A stretch of 62,430 bases of DNA, the filler included, from Rhabdomonas costata (taxonomy: Eukaryota): assembly GCA_019059605.1 (NCBI GenBank). It is 19 parts of 19 records of this genome, joined end to end, with 100 filler letters (N's around TTAATTAATTAA, not from the genome) between each part and the next. Parts side by side here need not be neighbours in the genome. Positions count along the whole stretch, not along the records: positions 49,405 to 52,590 come from JAHMHO010001220.1; positions 52,691 to 55,870 come from JAHMHO010001221.1; positions 55,971 to 59,149 come from JAHMHO010001222.1; positions 59,250 to 62,430 come from JAHMHO010001223.1; 15 more parts are not named here. The stretch is one strand, 5' to 3'. The notes under the pieces are model-generated. The model was given only the letters and a program-made list of their open reading frames with translations. It did not search any database and was not told the DNA's origin. The position numbers and the translations under genes were made by a program. Of this stretch, positions 49,862-62,413 are shown in pieces. Every line of letters begins with the position of its first letter. Positions within the stretch are counted from its first letter, which is position 1.

Positions 49862-50401
49862 GGGAACAGAACCTTTCCTCGTCGACGAGTGCCCTGGCCA
49901 GCGCGGTGGCCGCAGTGAAGCTGGTGGGGGTGCCCCACACGGCGACGGAGAAGGACGTGCGGGAGTTCTTGGCGGAGTGCATTCAGGGGGAGATCACGGC
50001 GGTGCTGTTCCAGCACGACCAGATGGTACTGCTCGCTTTTGGAGCTGCTGATCCCCTTCGGTGCAGAAATCCGGGCTGGAGTTCCAGGCCGAGGGTGAGG
50101 GCGAGTGAGAGCAGGCAATGCAGAGGGCTTCCTCTGCGATTGAGGGAGCGGGCTACCCATTGGACGTTATCGAAATGGGATGAGAAGCGAAAGCGGCATC
50201 CAAGAAGTGTGGGGGTGTTGGAGGAAAGGCGGGCGTATCTGTGTCCCACAGCGGAGGCCCACGGGCACCGTGTTTGTGCTGCTCTCACGAGAGTCCGACG
50301 CTCTGGCGGCACGCAGCAAGCACCGCGGGCAGATTAGCAGCCGATGGGTCGAGGTCTATCCCGTCACCCCGGCACCCCCGGCGGGTTCCGAGGCCCCCCA
50401 G
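49862..50401 (+). CDS. qRRM (hnRNP F/H/ESRP-like) RNA-binding protein; exons 49862-50025 and 50252-50401
   Basis: VKLVGVPHTATEKDVREFL...DQM|RRPTGTVFV...ALAARSKHRGQISSRWVEVY matches the qRRM pattern (VRLRGLP, GRxxGEAFV, HR..IG.RYIEVF). Confidence 0.85.
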
Positions 50402-51259
50402 GTACACCTTTACCACCCCATCTCCGCACCCTATCTCCCATCTGATCTCGGAATCTCTTCGCAGCTCATGTCGAAGGCTTCGAGACAGACAGAAAGGAAG
50501 AGAAATGTTTATTTTTATGTTTCATTCGCATCTCCTTCCTTGGGGGGTCATCTTGGCACTGCTTTGTGCGTGTGCGCACTGTGCCTGAAGCTTCCCACAC
50601 GGCTTGCACGCCCCCCCCCCCCGCAGGGCCCCTTGAACTCCGACAATTCGACTGCTTCTCACAAAACCTCACCACCATTACAAGTCGGTAGCCACCCGCT
50701 CCATGTGACACTTCCCGGCTTTAGCAGCTCTGCTGCCTTCTGAAACATTCCATTGTAAGTTCAGCAATAACCGCTCCTTTTCCTCAATCCTCGGAACACC
50801 GACGTCGACGCCGAAAGGATGGTGTTACTTCCTCTGCGATGTTCTTCAATTTGATGCTGTTTTTCCTCGTCATCCCTTGGCTGAATGTTGGCCAATCTCG
50901 GAGGGGACGTAACACATTTTTCAGCAGGAGCTTTGCACGAGGACTAGGGGTGACCTGTCTTCATTTACACCTCAAGGTCGAGTAGCAATTGGGTTTTTTC
51001 AGCGGCGTACCAACTCCGCCTGCCTTGCACGCTTTTTGTCGGGTTCTTTGCAAGTGTGGGGTTAAAGCTCAGCTTTTCGTGGGACCCCTCGTGGGACCCT
51101 GAAATGCGGGGTTGTGCGATGTGGTGTCCCAGGCGCGGGGTAAAGGGGTGAGCGTGCGTAGGGTGTAAGAAAGAGGTGGAAAGAGAAGATAGACAGGAAG
51201 AGGGAAATCTATCCAGAAAGAGAGAGAACGAGTTAGAGAGAGACTGCCGCTCGCATCGC

Positions 51260-51992
51260 ACTTCGTGAGCCACCGTCCGAGGACATCCGAGGCCGAGGCC
51301 TTCACCACACGAGCGGTTCCACTGGAGGCCTTCACCACGCGGCCCTCCCGGCGCTGTTCCCCCCCGATGGAGGACACCGAGGCCACGCGGTACGGGAAGC
51401 CCCGGCCAGATCGCTGCCCCCCAGAGCCAGCCCCATCTTCGGAGCACGACACCCCGGAGCGGGCCTGCAGCCACAGGAAGGAGGAAGGGTGCAATTGTCG
51501 TTGGGGATAAGGGAGTGGTATCGGTTACCAGAACTAACAGAAAACTTTTTTTTTCGGTTTTAACAAGAGTGAAGCGAAATTTTGGCAGCACCCCGAAGTG
51601 ATTATGTACAGGTATCCTAATACGTCAAGACAAAAAGTTGGCCCAACTGAACTGCAGAAATTTTTGCGGTTCTTGTGCTCATCAAACAAAGAATATCGCC
51701 TATGCATACCACCACGAGGCACGATGAAGCGGATAACACTGCTTCAGCGTATATCAATGGAAAGAATCGAAAAATAGGCACCCGTACTAGCGCCGAGCAA
51801 AAGATCCCGGACCACATATGCGTTCTCGAATTAGCGGACGTAAAAAAAAAGTTGAACAGACTCGAACCGAGTTCATCAGGTTGCCATCTGCTCCCGGGGC
51901 GGTGGATGACTGCACGCTCCGAGCCGTGCTACGACCGGTGAGACTGCCACTGCCGCTGCTGCCGCTGCGGGCGGACAGCATCCTTCCCGTGC
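51260..51992 (-). CDS. Possible low-complexity Ser/Gly/Arg-rich exons of a convergent gene (~51992-51885, ~51465-51260)
   Basis: Two CAG acceptors on the minus strand, the downstream one after a clear pyrimidine tract; GC-rich open frames; no homology recognised. Confidence 0.3.
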
Positions 51993-52351
51993 TGCGTGCG
52001 GGACACACAGACACACAGACACACCCATTCACACACGCACGCGAACGCATGCGAAGCTTTTACACATAACATGCAGTCACATGCCCACATTCACGCTGCA
52101 CTCCGATGCACGCCGCGCTCCGACATTTTGAAGTGCTCCATTATTCCTTCTCTTGCACGCATGAAGAATGTACGGCGTTACTTTAGAATTGTACCCACCT
52201 CTGTCTTCAGGTTTTTTTTTCTTTTTTGAGATGCTTACGCTTCACGATCTTTTGGAAATTGTTGGAGATGACAAGAAGCGAAGAAAATGGATGTAGACGG
52301 CTACCTTCAGTGACATGTGTTTATTGGCTTCTTTGACGTTACCTTTGGGGG

Positions 52352-52381
52352 TTAGGGTTAGGGTTAGCGTTAGGGTTAGGG
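52352..52381 (+). repeat. Interstitial telomere-like (TTAGGG)5 with one TTAGCG variant
   Basis: Direct reading of the sequence; a shorter run lies at 44391-44402. Confidence 0.85.
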
Positions 52382-52699
52382 TTCCTGGCCGTGGGTACAA
52401 TTCTAAAGTAATGCCGAATGTACTTGCTCGATTGCACGCGAGGAATGGAGAGGCGATATCACCTGAACCCAGAGAGAAATCAATTGGGGACTTAAGCCAA
52501 AGTACAGGAACCGGCTGCGTGAACCCGAACCCGGCTTCGTGTCCGTTTGCGGACATTTAGAACCTGCACTGGACGAAACAACCCCCAACCNNNNNNNNNN
52601 NNNNNNNNNNNNNNNNNNNNNNNNNNNNNNNNNNTTAATTAATTAANNNNNNNNNNNNNNNNNNNNNNNNNNNNNNNNNNNNNNNNNNNNTGTTGTGGG

Positions 52700-55619
52700 T
52701 AGGCTGTCGAACACCTCCCCGTCAATCTCCTCCAGAATCTCCTGATGGTTTTTTTGATGGTCTATTCTTTTCAACACTTCGGACGGGGCCATGAGGTCAT
52801 TTGGCTGCATCCTGTACACCCTCAGTTCCAAAAGGAAAGTCACTAACGGAGCGACGGCGCATCGGTGAACCATATTTGCATGAGAGCAAGAAATGGCCTG
52901 GTCCGAATACTGTACCGCGGTTGAGAGTCAGCAACGACCATATCATACATGCGCTGGAAACACCGTTGAAAAAGCAGATCCTCTTTCCCAACGACAAGCG
53001 GTCAGAAACCAGACCAGAAAAATCCACGTTGGCACGCTGCTTGTCAGGGGTAGGAGAGGGAGACGGGGGACCTGGAGAGAGTTGAGGATCATCACTGTGT
53101 GCTTCGGCTCGTTGGGCAACACGCAGCTGAGCACTCTTTTCAGGAAGGACGATGCCAGCTTGAAGTGACGGTCTGCCTCCAGCTTGCGCATGAACATCCG
53201 AATACATAGCTGACAAGGGCAAGAGAGAGAAAATGTATGTGTGTGAGCGAAGCAACTCGCTGTCAAGCACCGCTCGCACAAGCTTCGGCTTAGCGATGCA
53301 GAGCACAGGCTTGCTTTGGTCTGTCTCTCAGCTCCTCACTTGCTGTTGATGTTGACAAGGGGGGGAGGGGAGTGGCGGCTGTCAATCACATTCTGCCACG
53401 CTGCGGAAACATCCAACACAACAGACATCAGGATTGCATCGGGCAAAAAGAAAAAAGAAAAGAAACGTGCGACGAACTTAATGCAAACGCCGCCAAACTT
53501 TCTGGAATCAATGGCAAACATCGGCGGTGGTTAAGTGTAATACGTCATTACCGGACCACAGCTGGCGTTTCCGCCTCGGCCGACTGCTCGGAACCACGCC
53601 GCGAGCTGGTCCCCGCCCCGAAACCAATGCTGTCCCATCGTTCATCAAAACCCGCAATGGGCAAGCCATTAACCAGCAGTTTTTTTTGGAGCCCTGGGAT
53701 CACCCCTTAGTGCACAAGAAAACTCATTTGGTCCTATAGCACAATTACCATAACCTCCCTAACCTCCCTACAAACCCTAAACTCCTTACAAAAAATAGCG
53801 AGGGTAAGTGCTGTGCACACCGAAAGGGGCTTGTAGTAGGTGGACATCACGCAGGTCATCTCGTCCAGCATAAACGATGGGCGATGAAGTGGAGCCAAAA
53901 CCTGCAGTGCCGCATCCCTCTCCCCAATGCCACAACTACCGAAACGCATACAAACACAACTGAGGAACCTAGGAGCAAAATTAAAACACAACGCCTGCAC
54001 AAACAGATATCAGCTGTTGACATCTGGGGCACTGCCGAGGTGTCATCGAATGCATTCCTCTTTTTACCAGGCAAGCAAAATTGGTCAACATCTGCCTCTA
54101 GGTCATCTGCAACATTATGAAACATGATGAAATATTCCTGCCCAACCGGAGCCAGCATGAAGCACTGCGGTGGCGGTGTGCCGAGCAATTAGTCTGGGTC
54201 TGGCACTGAGATCTACCTTTCACCTATCACCTACCTTTCACCTGGTCTCATTCATTGGCATCGGTTACATCGACATTACCCTGGGGCATCTTGCTATGCG
54301 TTTCGAAATCTGTCTCAGAAAAGCTAAGAATCAGTATGCAGGATTGAAAAGGGACACTTTCGGGAAAAAAGGCCAAAAGTCGAAAGGAATGACGATCGAA
54401 TCTTGGCACAGAGAAGACAAAGAAAAACGGCCAACCAAGTCGATGCGGTCTCGGGTATCCACTCTGTATTTATCGACAGTGCCCGTGGCCGGCGCATTTA
54501 CGAGTGGTCAAACCCTACACACACTTACGGACCTCGTTGAGCATGTGCTCGTGGTCCAAGGAGATGGGCTGCTTCAGTCCGGCAATAATGGGCACCAGGA
54601 TGTACAGCAGATCATTGATCGCGGCGTGGCTGCGGTTCTTGCCCCACCCGAAGGCGCTCAGGGCGTTAGTAACCTGTAGCCAACAACGGTGAAGAGACAC
54701 GCTCATTTGCGAGTTTCGGGACGTTTCAGAACGAACAGAAAAGAAGTCAGCTCACCTCATAAATCGGAGGTCCGTTGATCATACAAAAATTTCCAAACAC
54801 ACGGCACACAAAGGATTAAAAAAAAGGGACCTTACCAGACCCCGAAATCCCACCTGTTGGATCAAAGGAACCCTCAGCAATTTCTGCTCAATGACCACTC
54901 CCGACCAAAAGGGTGCTAGCTCTGGTTCCACCACCCGACTCGTGCAAACCAGGGAAAGGATCTGCTGCCGCAGCGGCGGAAACTTCCTGTAAATGGTGAG
55001 AACAGCCCCTCGGATCAGCTGCGTGGTCTTGTCCTCGAGCTCCTGCGCACAATACAGCACGAGTTGAAGGGCACCTACCCCAATCCTACCCACTGATTGA
55101 CGTTAAATGCACTGCTTCGTGCAACTTTGGAATAATCCCAATTATGTCCAATGACGCACAGAAAACCTCGGATGAGGAAAACTGGAGAGATGTGCAGGCA
55201 TAACACGGGAAGCCGAAAGGTGGTGGGGACAAGTTTGTGCAGCCGTGCGGGAGTTGGAAGAAGGAAAAGAAGAATGCCAGAGGCGGGGTTACTTATTGGA
55301 AAATGCAGATGGGGACCACACAACATGACTCCTCCATGGCTTTTCCACTCACGCGTCTCTGCTACCTACGGGTTTCCTTTCCCGCCACAGCCAGGGTGAC
55401 TTTTTTCCGTGGAAGACTCGTGACACACACAGACACACACACACAAACGGACACCTCAGAGGCAAGGAGGGTTGTCAGGAGGTGGGTCTGCAAAGGGTAC
55501 TCCCTCTCCAAGGGACGTCCCACGGCGATGCTGAACCCAGGGTCGTGCAGCATGGCGTCGACCTGCTGCGTCACCACTTCCACACACAACTTCCACGTCA
55601 TGTACACCTCCAGCAACGC
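52700..55619 (-). CDS. Divergent PP2A regulatory subunit B56/B'-like protein; exons 55619-55455, 55042-54950, 54673-54533, 53901-53821, 53209-53072, 52741-contig end
   Basis: Spliced AVLTIYRKFPPLRQQI...AINDLLYILVPIIAGLKQPISLDH..L.E|VLAPLHRP...VMILNSLQ|EILEEI parallels B56 (TVLHRIYGKF..LR..I...[31 protein letters not shown]...VMFLNELEEIL); all five introns are phase 0. Confidence 0.8.
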
Positions 55620-56049
55620 CTGAGAATAGCCCCACCCAAGACACAACTCAAAATCATCTTCCTCTCACGAAGTGGTGGTGAACGTGGGAAGGCCCAGCAA
55701 CAAACCCAGAAAAAGAGTCCGGTTTCGCCACGGAAAAAAAAAGTCAAAAGTCAAAGTAACAAGATTCACGGTCAAGTTTTCCCTTCCATCAACGGGTATT
55801 GGGGTGGAGGCGGAGGGGAAGTGATGTGACAGAGCCGGGGTGTGGGTGAGAGAGAGAAGAAACCAAAACANNNNNNNNNNNNNNNNNNNNNNNNNNNNNN
55901 NNNNNNNNNNNNNNTTAATTAATTAANNNNNNNNNNNNNNNNNNNNNNNNNNNNNNNNNNNNNNNNNNNNCAGATCATCCATGTCTGCTAAACCTCCAAA
56001 CTCAGCTAGTTTTTCATCGCTTCAGGATGGCAGTTGTAAATCACTCTGG

Positions 56050-56700
56050 TGGCAAAGACGATCATTACGCAGTACAATGACTTGTCTGTTTCAGGCCAAT
56101 GTGAAGCCAATCGTACTGTATGCATGATAGTGAGACTGTACGTAGTTAAAAATCTCCTGATTCTAGCGCCGTTGTTGCAGTACTTGTGTGGCATGTCCTC
56201 ACACAAATGCACAACATCACACGGAACAATTGGATATGCCCATGAGGCATTGGAAGTGCATTTCATCAACGTTGAATAACATGCCAAAGATATAACGGCA
56301 CAGGGGCATATTTACCACAAGTACATACTTACATCAACATACGGTGCTTTAAAGAATTTGATATTGATTTTATACTCTTACAATTGAAAGCACACCAACT
56401 GGCACAGCTGTTTTTGCACGAGGTGTTACACCACATGGAATACGTGGCATCATTTACAAACCACGTTGACGAGCGCGTTTTTGGAGGCGCTGTGTAGCAT
56501 GATAGAATTCAAGTAGCGAATTTCTTCTCAGTTCTATCCGCAAACAAATGGCTCCGCGAAGAAAGCAAACCAGAAATTGATGTCTATTGTGCTATACAAG
56601 GCGCGTAAATTAATTTACGTGAGAATTACCAACTGGCTTCGCCTGCTGGAATTTATTGAGATCTACATCAACAACACCACACTATGAGGCGCACAGCTCA
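56050..56700 (+). mobile_element. Heavily decayed Ty3/gypsy integrase
   Basis: FYPQTNGSAKKANQ (cf. YHPQTDGQxERxNQ) followed by NWLRLLEFIEIYINNT (cf. W...L...EFAYNN); many stops and frameshifts. Confidence 0.65.
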
Positions 56701-58539
56701 TTGCATACGTACTGAACACCGAGTACAACCATATCAGCGGTACTAATCACTCGTTATTGGATTCCGTGTTTCCTGACGGAGCCGTTATCCATGTATCCGC
56801 TTACCCAGCCGTTTTTTGACAAAATCGTCCGCGACAACAACAGCATATCAAAAAAGTCACATTTTACGGTTTGTTTCAGAGGCTGCTTATCAACGTTACA
56901 GCTTCGTTCCAATGCCCAGTCAAGCGGACGTTACCACCAATGTGTCTTGGATGCAACAGAGTTTGCAAAAAAACTATTAGTAATGGCTAACATGGTTTTT
57001 TCTCAACCACGGCATGGGCAATTTTCGGCGCGCCACCATCACGTCCTCTTTGCAATCAAGCACTGGAAATATTTTAATTTCAATCGTTTGTACAACCATA
57101 ATCTTCAACGCCTTTTTCACTTTCACACCAATCATAGGTTAAACTACAATATGTAGTCATATCAAGTCTCCACAGTGAGTGGTTCTTAGTCGCAAATCAT
57201 CAGCGGAGCGTTATCAGTCACAGCATCCGACCACACTTCAGCTTCACCATGGAACGTCAATGTCATTACTTTACGACAGGTAAAGTCGCGTATAATTCTT
57301 CCGGTAGCTCTAATAATTGCCTGACGCCATACTTCAGCTTTCGGTGGTTGATTCATCACTGATAACGGCGCAATGTTCAGAGAACTGCTCAAATTAACAT
57401 TCAATACAACACACTGGCATCCGGAAAAACCACTAGCTAACCAGGATCATATAAAAGCAAAACCACGAGTTTGCAAGCCCAAAATGCTCCACACGCGCGT
57501 TCGCCTTACAAAGGCCGTTATTTTGGAATGGCCAAAAACTCACACAAAAATGTAACTGGCACGGATTACGTGGACTACTGGAGACAACTGCACTCACATC
57601 ATACGACAGCGGCAGACCGTGGTAGGAAAACGCAAGATCTTTTTGATCTGATTTACGTCGACCACAAGGCGACGTGTGTACCGCACTTTTTAATCTTTAC
57701 CATAACAAATTTCAGCTACAATCAGATAATCTTCTATACTCATCTTATCTCAAGAATGTCTTGCCAGCGGAACTGTGAAATATGCGACTCCAACCACCAT
57801 GCACAATTGACCTCCAGCGACTGAGCTCCTTACTTTGCGTATTGTCATTGGAAAATGATCCAGGATGCGGAGCATAAGTACGAATTTTCACGTGAAGTTA
57901 TGAAAGGGTCCAAATAAATATAACAGCATTGACGTTCAACCCGCATCAGGTGGAGGTTGTCACAAATTGGATGTGGTGCTCCACTCGCTCAAATTAATTG
58001 CCAATTCAGTCTTGTTCAATCCATTTACTGACCACGCCGCCTAAACAGCACATTATCCCAGCACTTAATTACAAAAAGCAACGTTGGAGGCATCAGCCAA
58101 TGTTGTTTAACGCAAAAACATTCACCGGTGTGAAAAACGTTGCACACTGCGGAAGAACCAAAGCACCAAGAAGCATCACCGATCCAACGGAGTGAAAGCC
58201 AAACTTGTTTTTTGACGAGTCTTCTTCTTTTTCTTTTCTCAAGCTAGCTCGGGTCGTCGCACCACGGCCATTAGTCACTGCGAGCTTGAAAAAACCACGG
58301 TAAACATAAATAAAAACTAGCAAGTGGGGAACCAGCCCATGGCTGTGCAAACACTGCAAGAATGCAGGAATCTCGCTAACAAGAACATGCCCTAGGCGGT
58401 CAAATTCTCCTCTTAATAGTTGAGTCCCACGGAATAAATGGAGAGATTGTGTGTGCGCGTGCGTGTATCAGTGAAAAAATAAAAAGAGAGTTTGTCCCCG
58501 GCCAGCTTGTGCGCTTTTGTGGTGTTAGGAGCAACATTT

Positions 58540-59149
58540 ATTCGGCTCTAAATAGTCTGGGCAGTGGTGCGCGATTGCTGACGACCAGCTCAGCTGACTT
58601 CGGTACCTAAACGCCAACATGAAGTGGAGTCACGACTGAGGATACGGACTCCAGCACTCTACAGTGGAGGCACTTTGAAGCCAAGCGCCTTCGAAGGGTG
58701 TCTACTATGGCAATGGCCCTGAGTCCGTTGTTACGCTTGGGGAGGCTACGAGACTTGAAGCGGTGAGCAATCTCATGAAATCTGTGGAAAAGTGGTCGTT
58801 TGCCAAATCACTGCAAAAATAGGACAATGCTTGCACAAGGCGTTCAGGATCTTGACATGAGAAACTCCTGTAGATTGCGCTGTCTGAGGCCTGGGGGCCG
58901 CATCCACTGGACGTGTCAAAAGAGTGTACGCTGGAAGCGACTCTGCTTTTATCAAAGTCAAAGCTCCCTGAAGGTGCGTCTTCATCATAAGGCAGCTCGT
59001 CAGTGGGATGAAGCAACTTCAATTTCTCGATGACGTTGTATGGCTCAGGAAGCGATGCCACGAGCAACAGTTTACATAATTTGATAGCGACTTGTACCGC
59101 ACCGCGTTGACGACGAGGCGCTCTGTGGTTGAAAAAAGACCATCGCTGG
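58540..59149 (-). mobile_element. Second decayed CRE/SLACS-like reverse transcriptase fragment
   Basis: LKLLHP...SSGCGP...LTASSLVA, then after a frameshift GLRAIAIVDTLRRRLASKC (cf. GxRPIAVGETLRRLAxK) and TPLHVGV. Confidence 0.65.
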
Positions 59150-59842
59150 NNNNNNNNNNNNNNNNNNNNNNNNNNNNNNNNNNNNNNNNNNNNTTAATTA
59201 ATTAANNNNNNNNNNNNNNNNNNNNNNNNNNNNNNNNNNNNNNNNNNNNGGGTTGTGGGCAATCCCATATGTTAACCAACCAGCGCTTGTACGGGAAGTT
59301 CTGAGTTTGCGAGCTGACCACACTGGCTCAGACCTGGTGGCTGAAAGACAAAAACTTCCGAAACGTACGTCTTCTTGCCCGCCCAATTGAGCAGGGTTCT
59401 GGACATTGTTCCTGTCAGTGCATGTGTTAAACGTCCGAAATTCACCACGTCAGCGATGGGCTCCTGGATGGACGTTTTAGTTAACAGGAAAAAAACACGA
59501 ACGACCTTTTTGTTTCGGGACAATGGCTTTAACGGGAGGGGAGGGTGTAAATATATAACACCGGAACACAATGCAAAAACTTATTTTCCGAGCACGTAGG
59601 ACACATGAACGCTGTACCGCTACCTACCAGATGATGATATTTTATCAAAAGGAGGGCCGGCTGTATTGCGCCAGTTCGCTCGTGGTGACCAAGTTTAAAA
59701 TTTATCGACCCTTAACACCCACCCGCAATAATTGAGAATGAGCCCCTTTGTTTTTGCTGTGCGGTCTAATTTTTATCCTGCTTCGCCTTTGTCAAGGGAG
59801 CTGACTAAGCTCTCCCTTGCTTTTGGTGTGCTGCGCCCACAG

Positions 59843-61334
59843 GGAGGTTCCGGGTCGACCTGTGGCCCAGTCTCTCCGGTGAAGACTACGCCTTCATGAT
59901 CGCCTCCATCCCCTCCTCTCGGTCCGGGGAGTTGCTTTCCTCCGTCATCTTGGCCCCCGGGGGGTCCTACGCGGGGCTGTTCACGGGGTCCGCGGACTAC
60001 CCCGGCACCACCCTGGCCGCCCAGTGGCTGAGCCAGAATGGCTATGCCGCGTTTGAGCTGATGTACAGGTTGGAAAACTCCCCTCTTCAGGGTTTCGGGG
60101 TCTTCTTCTTTTCTCTTTTGGGAGAGACCAAGTCCACATTCAGTCTGGGTGTCCCAGCAGTCCAGACACAACAACGTGCGCATGCAGTTTTCTGAGCATG
60201 CAAAGAGGCGGGTTTGCGGCTCGAGGTGGAGCAGGTCTAGATGACTCCCTTGGCAGCCCGTCAGACTGCCTGGTTCACGGCCTTGGTGGCCGTCCTCAGA
60301 GCTGTGTGCCGCCAGCTGGAGCCTCCCCCCACCAGACTCCTCGAGCTGTAGTCAAGTTCTTTCCCGGCCTACCAAAAGCAGACGCTTACGTTGAAAAGCA
60401 GCTAAGGAATTAACTCGACGGAGTGCGCCTTCCCCAGTCGCCCCGCTGTCAACGCACAGCACTTGCATTCTTCATACAACTCATAAATTCCTTCACTCCT
60501 AGCTGACATGGAGGTCGCCATTTGCTCGCAGTATCTGACGCAGTGCAATCTGAGTGCTTTCGCTTTATCCCTCCATCCATCGCAGTGGTCTCTTCCCTGC
60601 CGACGCCCACGTCTATGTTGTGCTTTCGTTTTTTGTCTGTGTTGTTGGGTGCGGAAGACCGCCTTAGCGGGTTCCTCACCTTGCCCGTTTCTGGTTAATT
60701 CGTTTTGAACGAGTGAGGGCCGGGGGTGTGACGACCCAAAGCAAGCTTTCAAAAAAACAAAATTAGTAATCCCACATTCACAATTCAATGAACGGCCTCC
60801 AATAGTCTGAAGCAGAAGCCAAGGAACGGTTCTCGGACATCTAGCTGTACACGTTTTTCTCTTTCTTTTTGCCGGAAAAGCTTCAGGTGTGTGCGTTCGA
60901 TGGAATGATAAACAGGTTGGAAGTCTCTCCTCATCACGCTTTCTGGATCGTTTACCTTGCTGGAACCAAATTCAACTTTCACAACTTAGCATATGACGGA
61001 GACTACGGAGTTAGGGGCGCTTTTTTGGAGGAGTTGCCCACCCAATAACCTTCTCCATTGAGTCCCGAGAAGGGTGAAGGGTGAAAGGTCCATCGTGGAG
61101 TTGGTGGTGTGGCCCTTTGCGGCTGCTCTCGCTTTTCGGTGGACACGTGCAGCTTCCGTCGCAACCCTAAAAGGGATGAGGAAGTGTGTTGGAGGTGGTG
61201 GGGGTGCTTTGGCGCAGGCTTCCCGGGGTTCACGGCACGGATGCCCCTTTGCAGGACGGCACTCGGGCGGTGCAGCTGGTGAGGCAAAACGCCACGACGT
61301 GGGGCCTGCACCCTAACCGCATCGTCATAATGGG
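59843..61334 (+). CDS. Alpha/beta-hydrolase (bacterial acetyl-esterase/BD-FAE-like); exons 59843-60068 and 61218-61334
   Basis: DLWP...VILAPGGSY...AQWLSQNGYAAFELMY-R|LP...APLQDGTRAVQLVRQNATTWGLHPNRIVIMG; the phase-2 intron restores YRLP. The nucleophile exon (GxSAG) was not located. Confidence 0.85.
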
Positions 61335-62386
61335 GTGTGCGCGTGTGTATTTGGGGGTTGTCCTCGTTTGTATGTGTATGTGTGTGGAGTGTGCTCGTGC
61401 TGCCTTTCTCAGGTTTCAAAGCAATTTGTTTTCACGTGTGGTAATCCTCACTGCAGCGAGTTGAGGATCATCGCTTGGATTCTGCGCACGTGGGTACGTT
61501 TGATTGGGCAAGTAATCGCCCGACACCAGCAAAGGTCGCACACGCGGCAGACTAGCAACTGCCTGAGGACCGTGACAGAAACGGCACATCGGACATGCGC
61601 CATTCTCTAAATCCACATGCACGTACACAAACAGAAGTTTCAGGAACACCATTTGGAAAGGTCACAAGCAAGGTACAGACCCACGATGCCGACAAGGACA
61701 CACGCACGCGCACACACCACAGTAGTTGTGGCAGTGGCAGCCCATTGTTGTGATCGTTGTCTTACGAAGTCTGTAGCGAACCTCACGCACACACTTTGCA
61801 AGCTCTCCCACAACGGTTATGTTGCCTTAGGTCACCTTTGCTGTTGTAGCCTTTGTGCAGGCTGGGAAAAGTGATTAGCATTTCGCATTTTCCTCCTTTT
61901 CTTTTTTGCAATTTCGACCCCTCGGAAAAGTTGTTTTGCCTTTTCGCCGGAGACGCAATTCATCATTCAGACATGAAAATGCTCCTTTTGCACAATGGGG
62001 TGCCTTTTTTTTTACCCCAAGTGGAATTTTTTCCCTTTCGGAACTGGTTTGTGGGCCCCCACGTGACCCCTACCGAAGCAAACGGAAACCCTTCTCAGGC
62101 CCCTAGAATATGATCCTTGTGATGCAGAAACAATGGGCTCGAGACGAAACTTCGACGTGTAATCAAAGTGCGTTGTTTTCTTTCTTTCTTTCCTTCTTTT
62201 GGGCGAAAAGCAAAGCACGGACATTCATCCAGATAGCGGCAATCATTAAAAGAGTGTCCTGCTGTGGCCGTTTTGGAAATTCCGCAAACAATTGACAATA
62301 GAAATGGTGCGGCCTACCCTCTTCAAAAAGACTAATATAATATATGGGTTTGTGCTGGTTTACGGGTGCCAAACCCGAAAAAAAAA

Positions 62387-62413
62387 CCATTACTGAGTGT
62401 AATCATTTTTCCG
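62387..62413 (+). ncRNA. Second SL-exon-like sequence
   Basis: CCATTACTGAGTGTAATCATTTTTCCG matches the reverse complement of 16652-16678 at 26 of 27 positions; the flanks are unrelated. Confidence 0.55.

Noticed and set aside
52455-52510. 5S-like words CACCTGAACCC...TTAAGCC
   Set aside because: Spacing and flanks do not fit 5S rRNA; too short to distinguish from chance.
3199-59249. Regularly spaced TTAATTAATTAA motif as a repeat array or CRISPR
   Set aside because: Always embedded in N runs of fixed length; it is a synthetic all-frame-stop linker.
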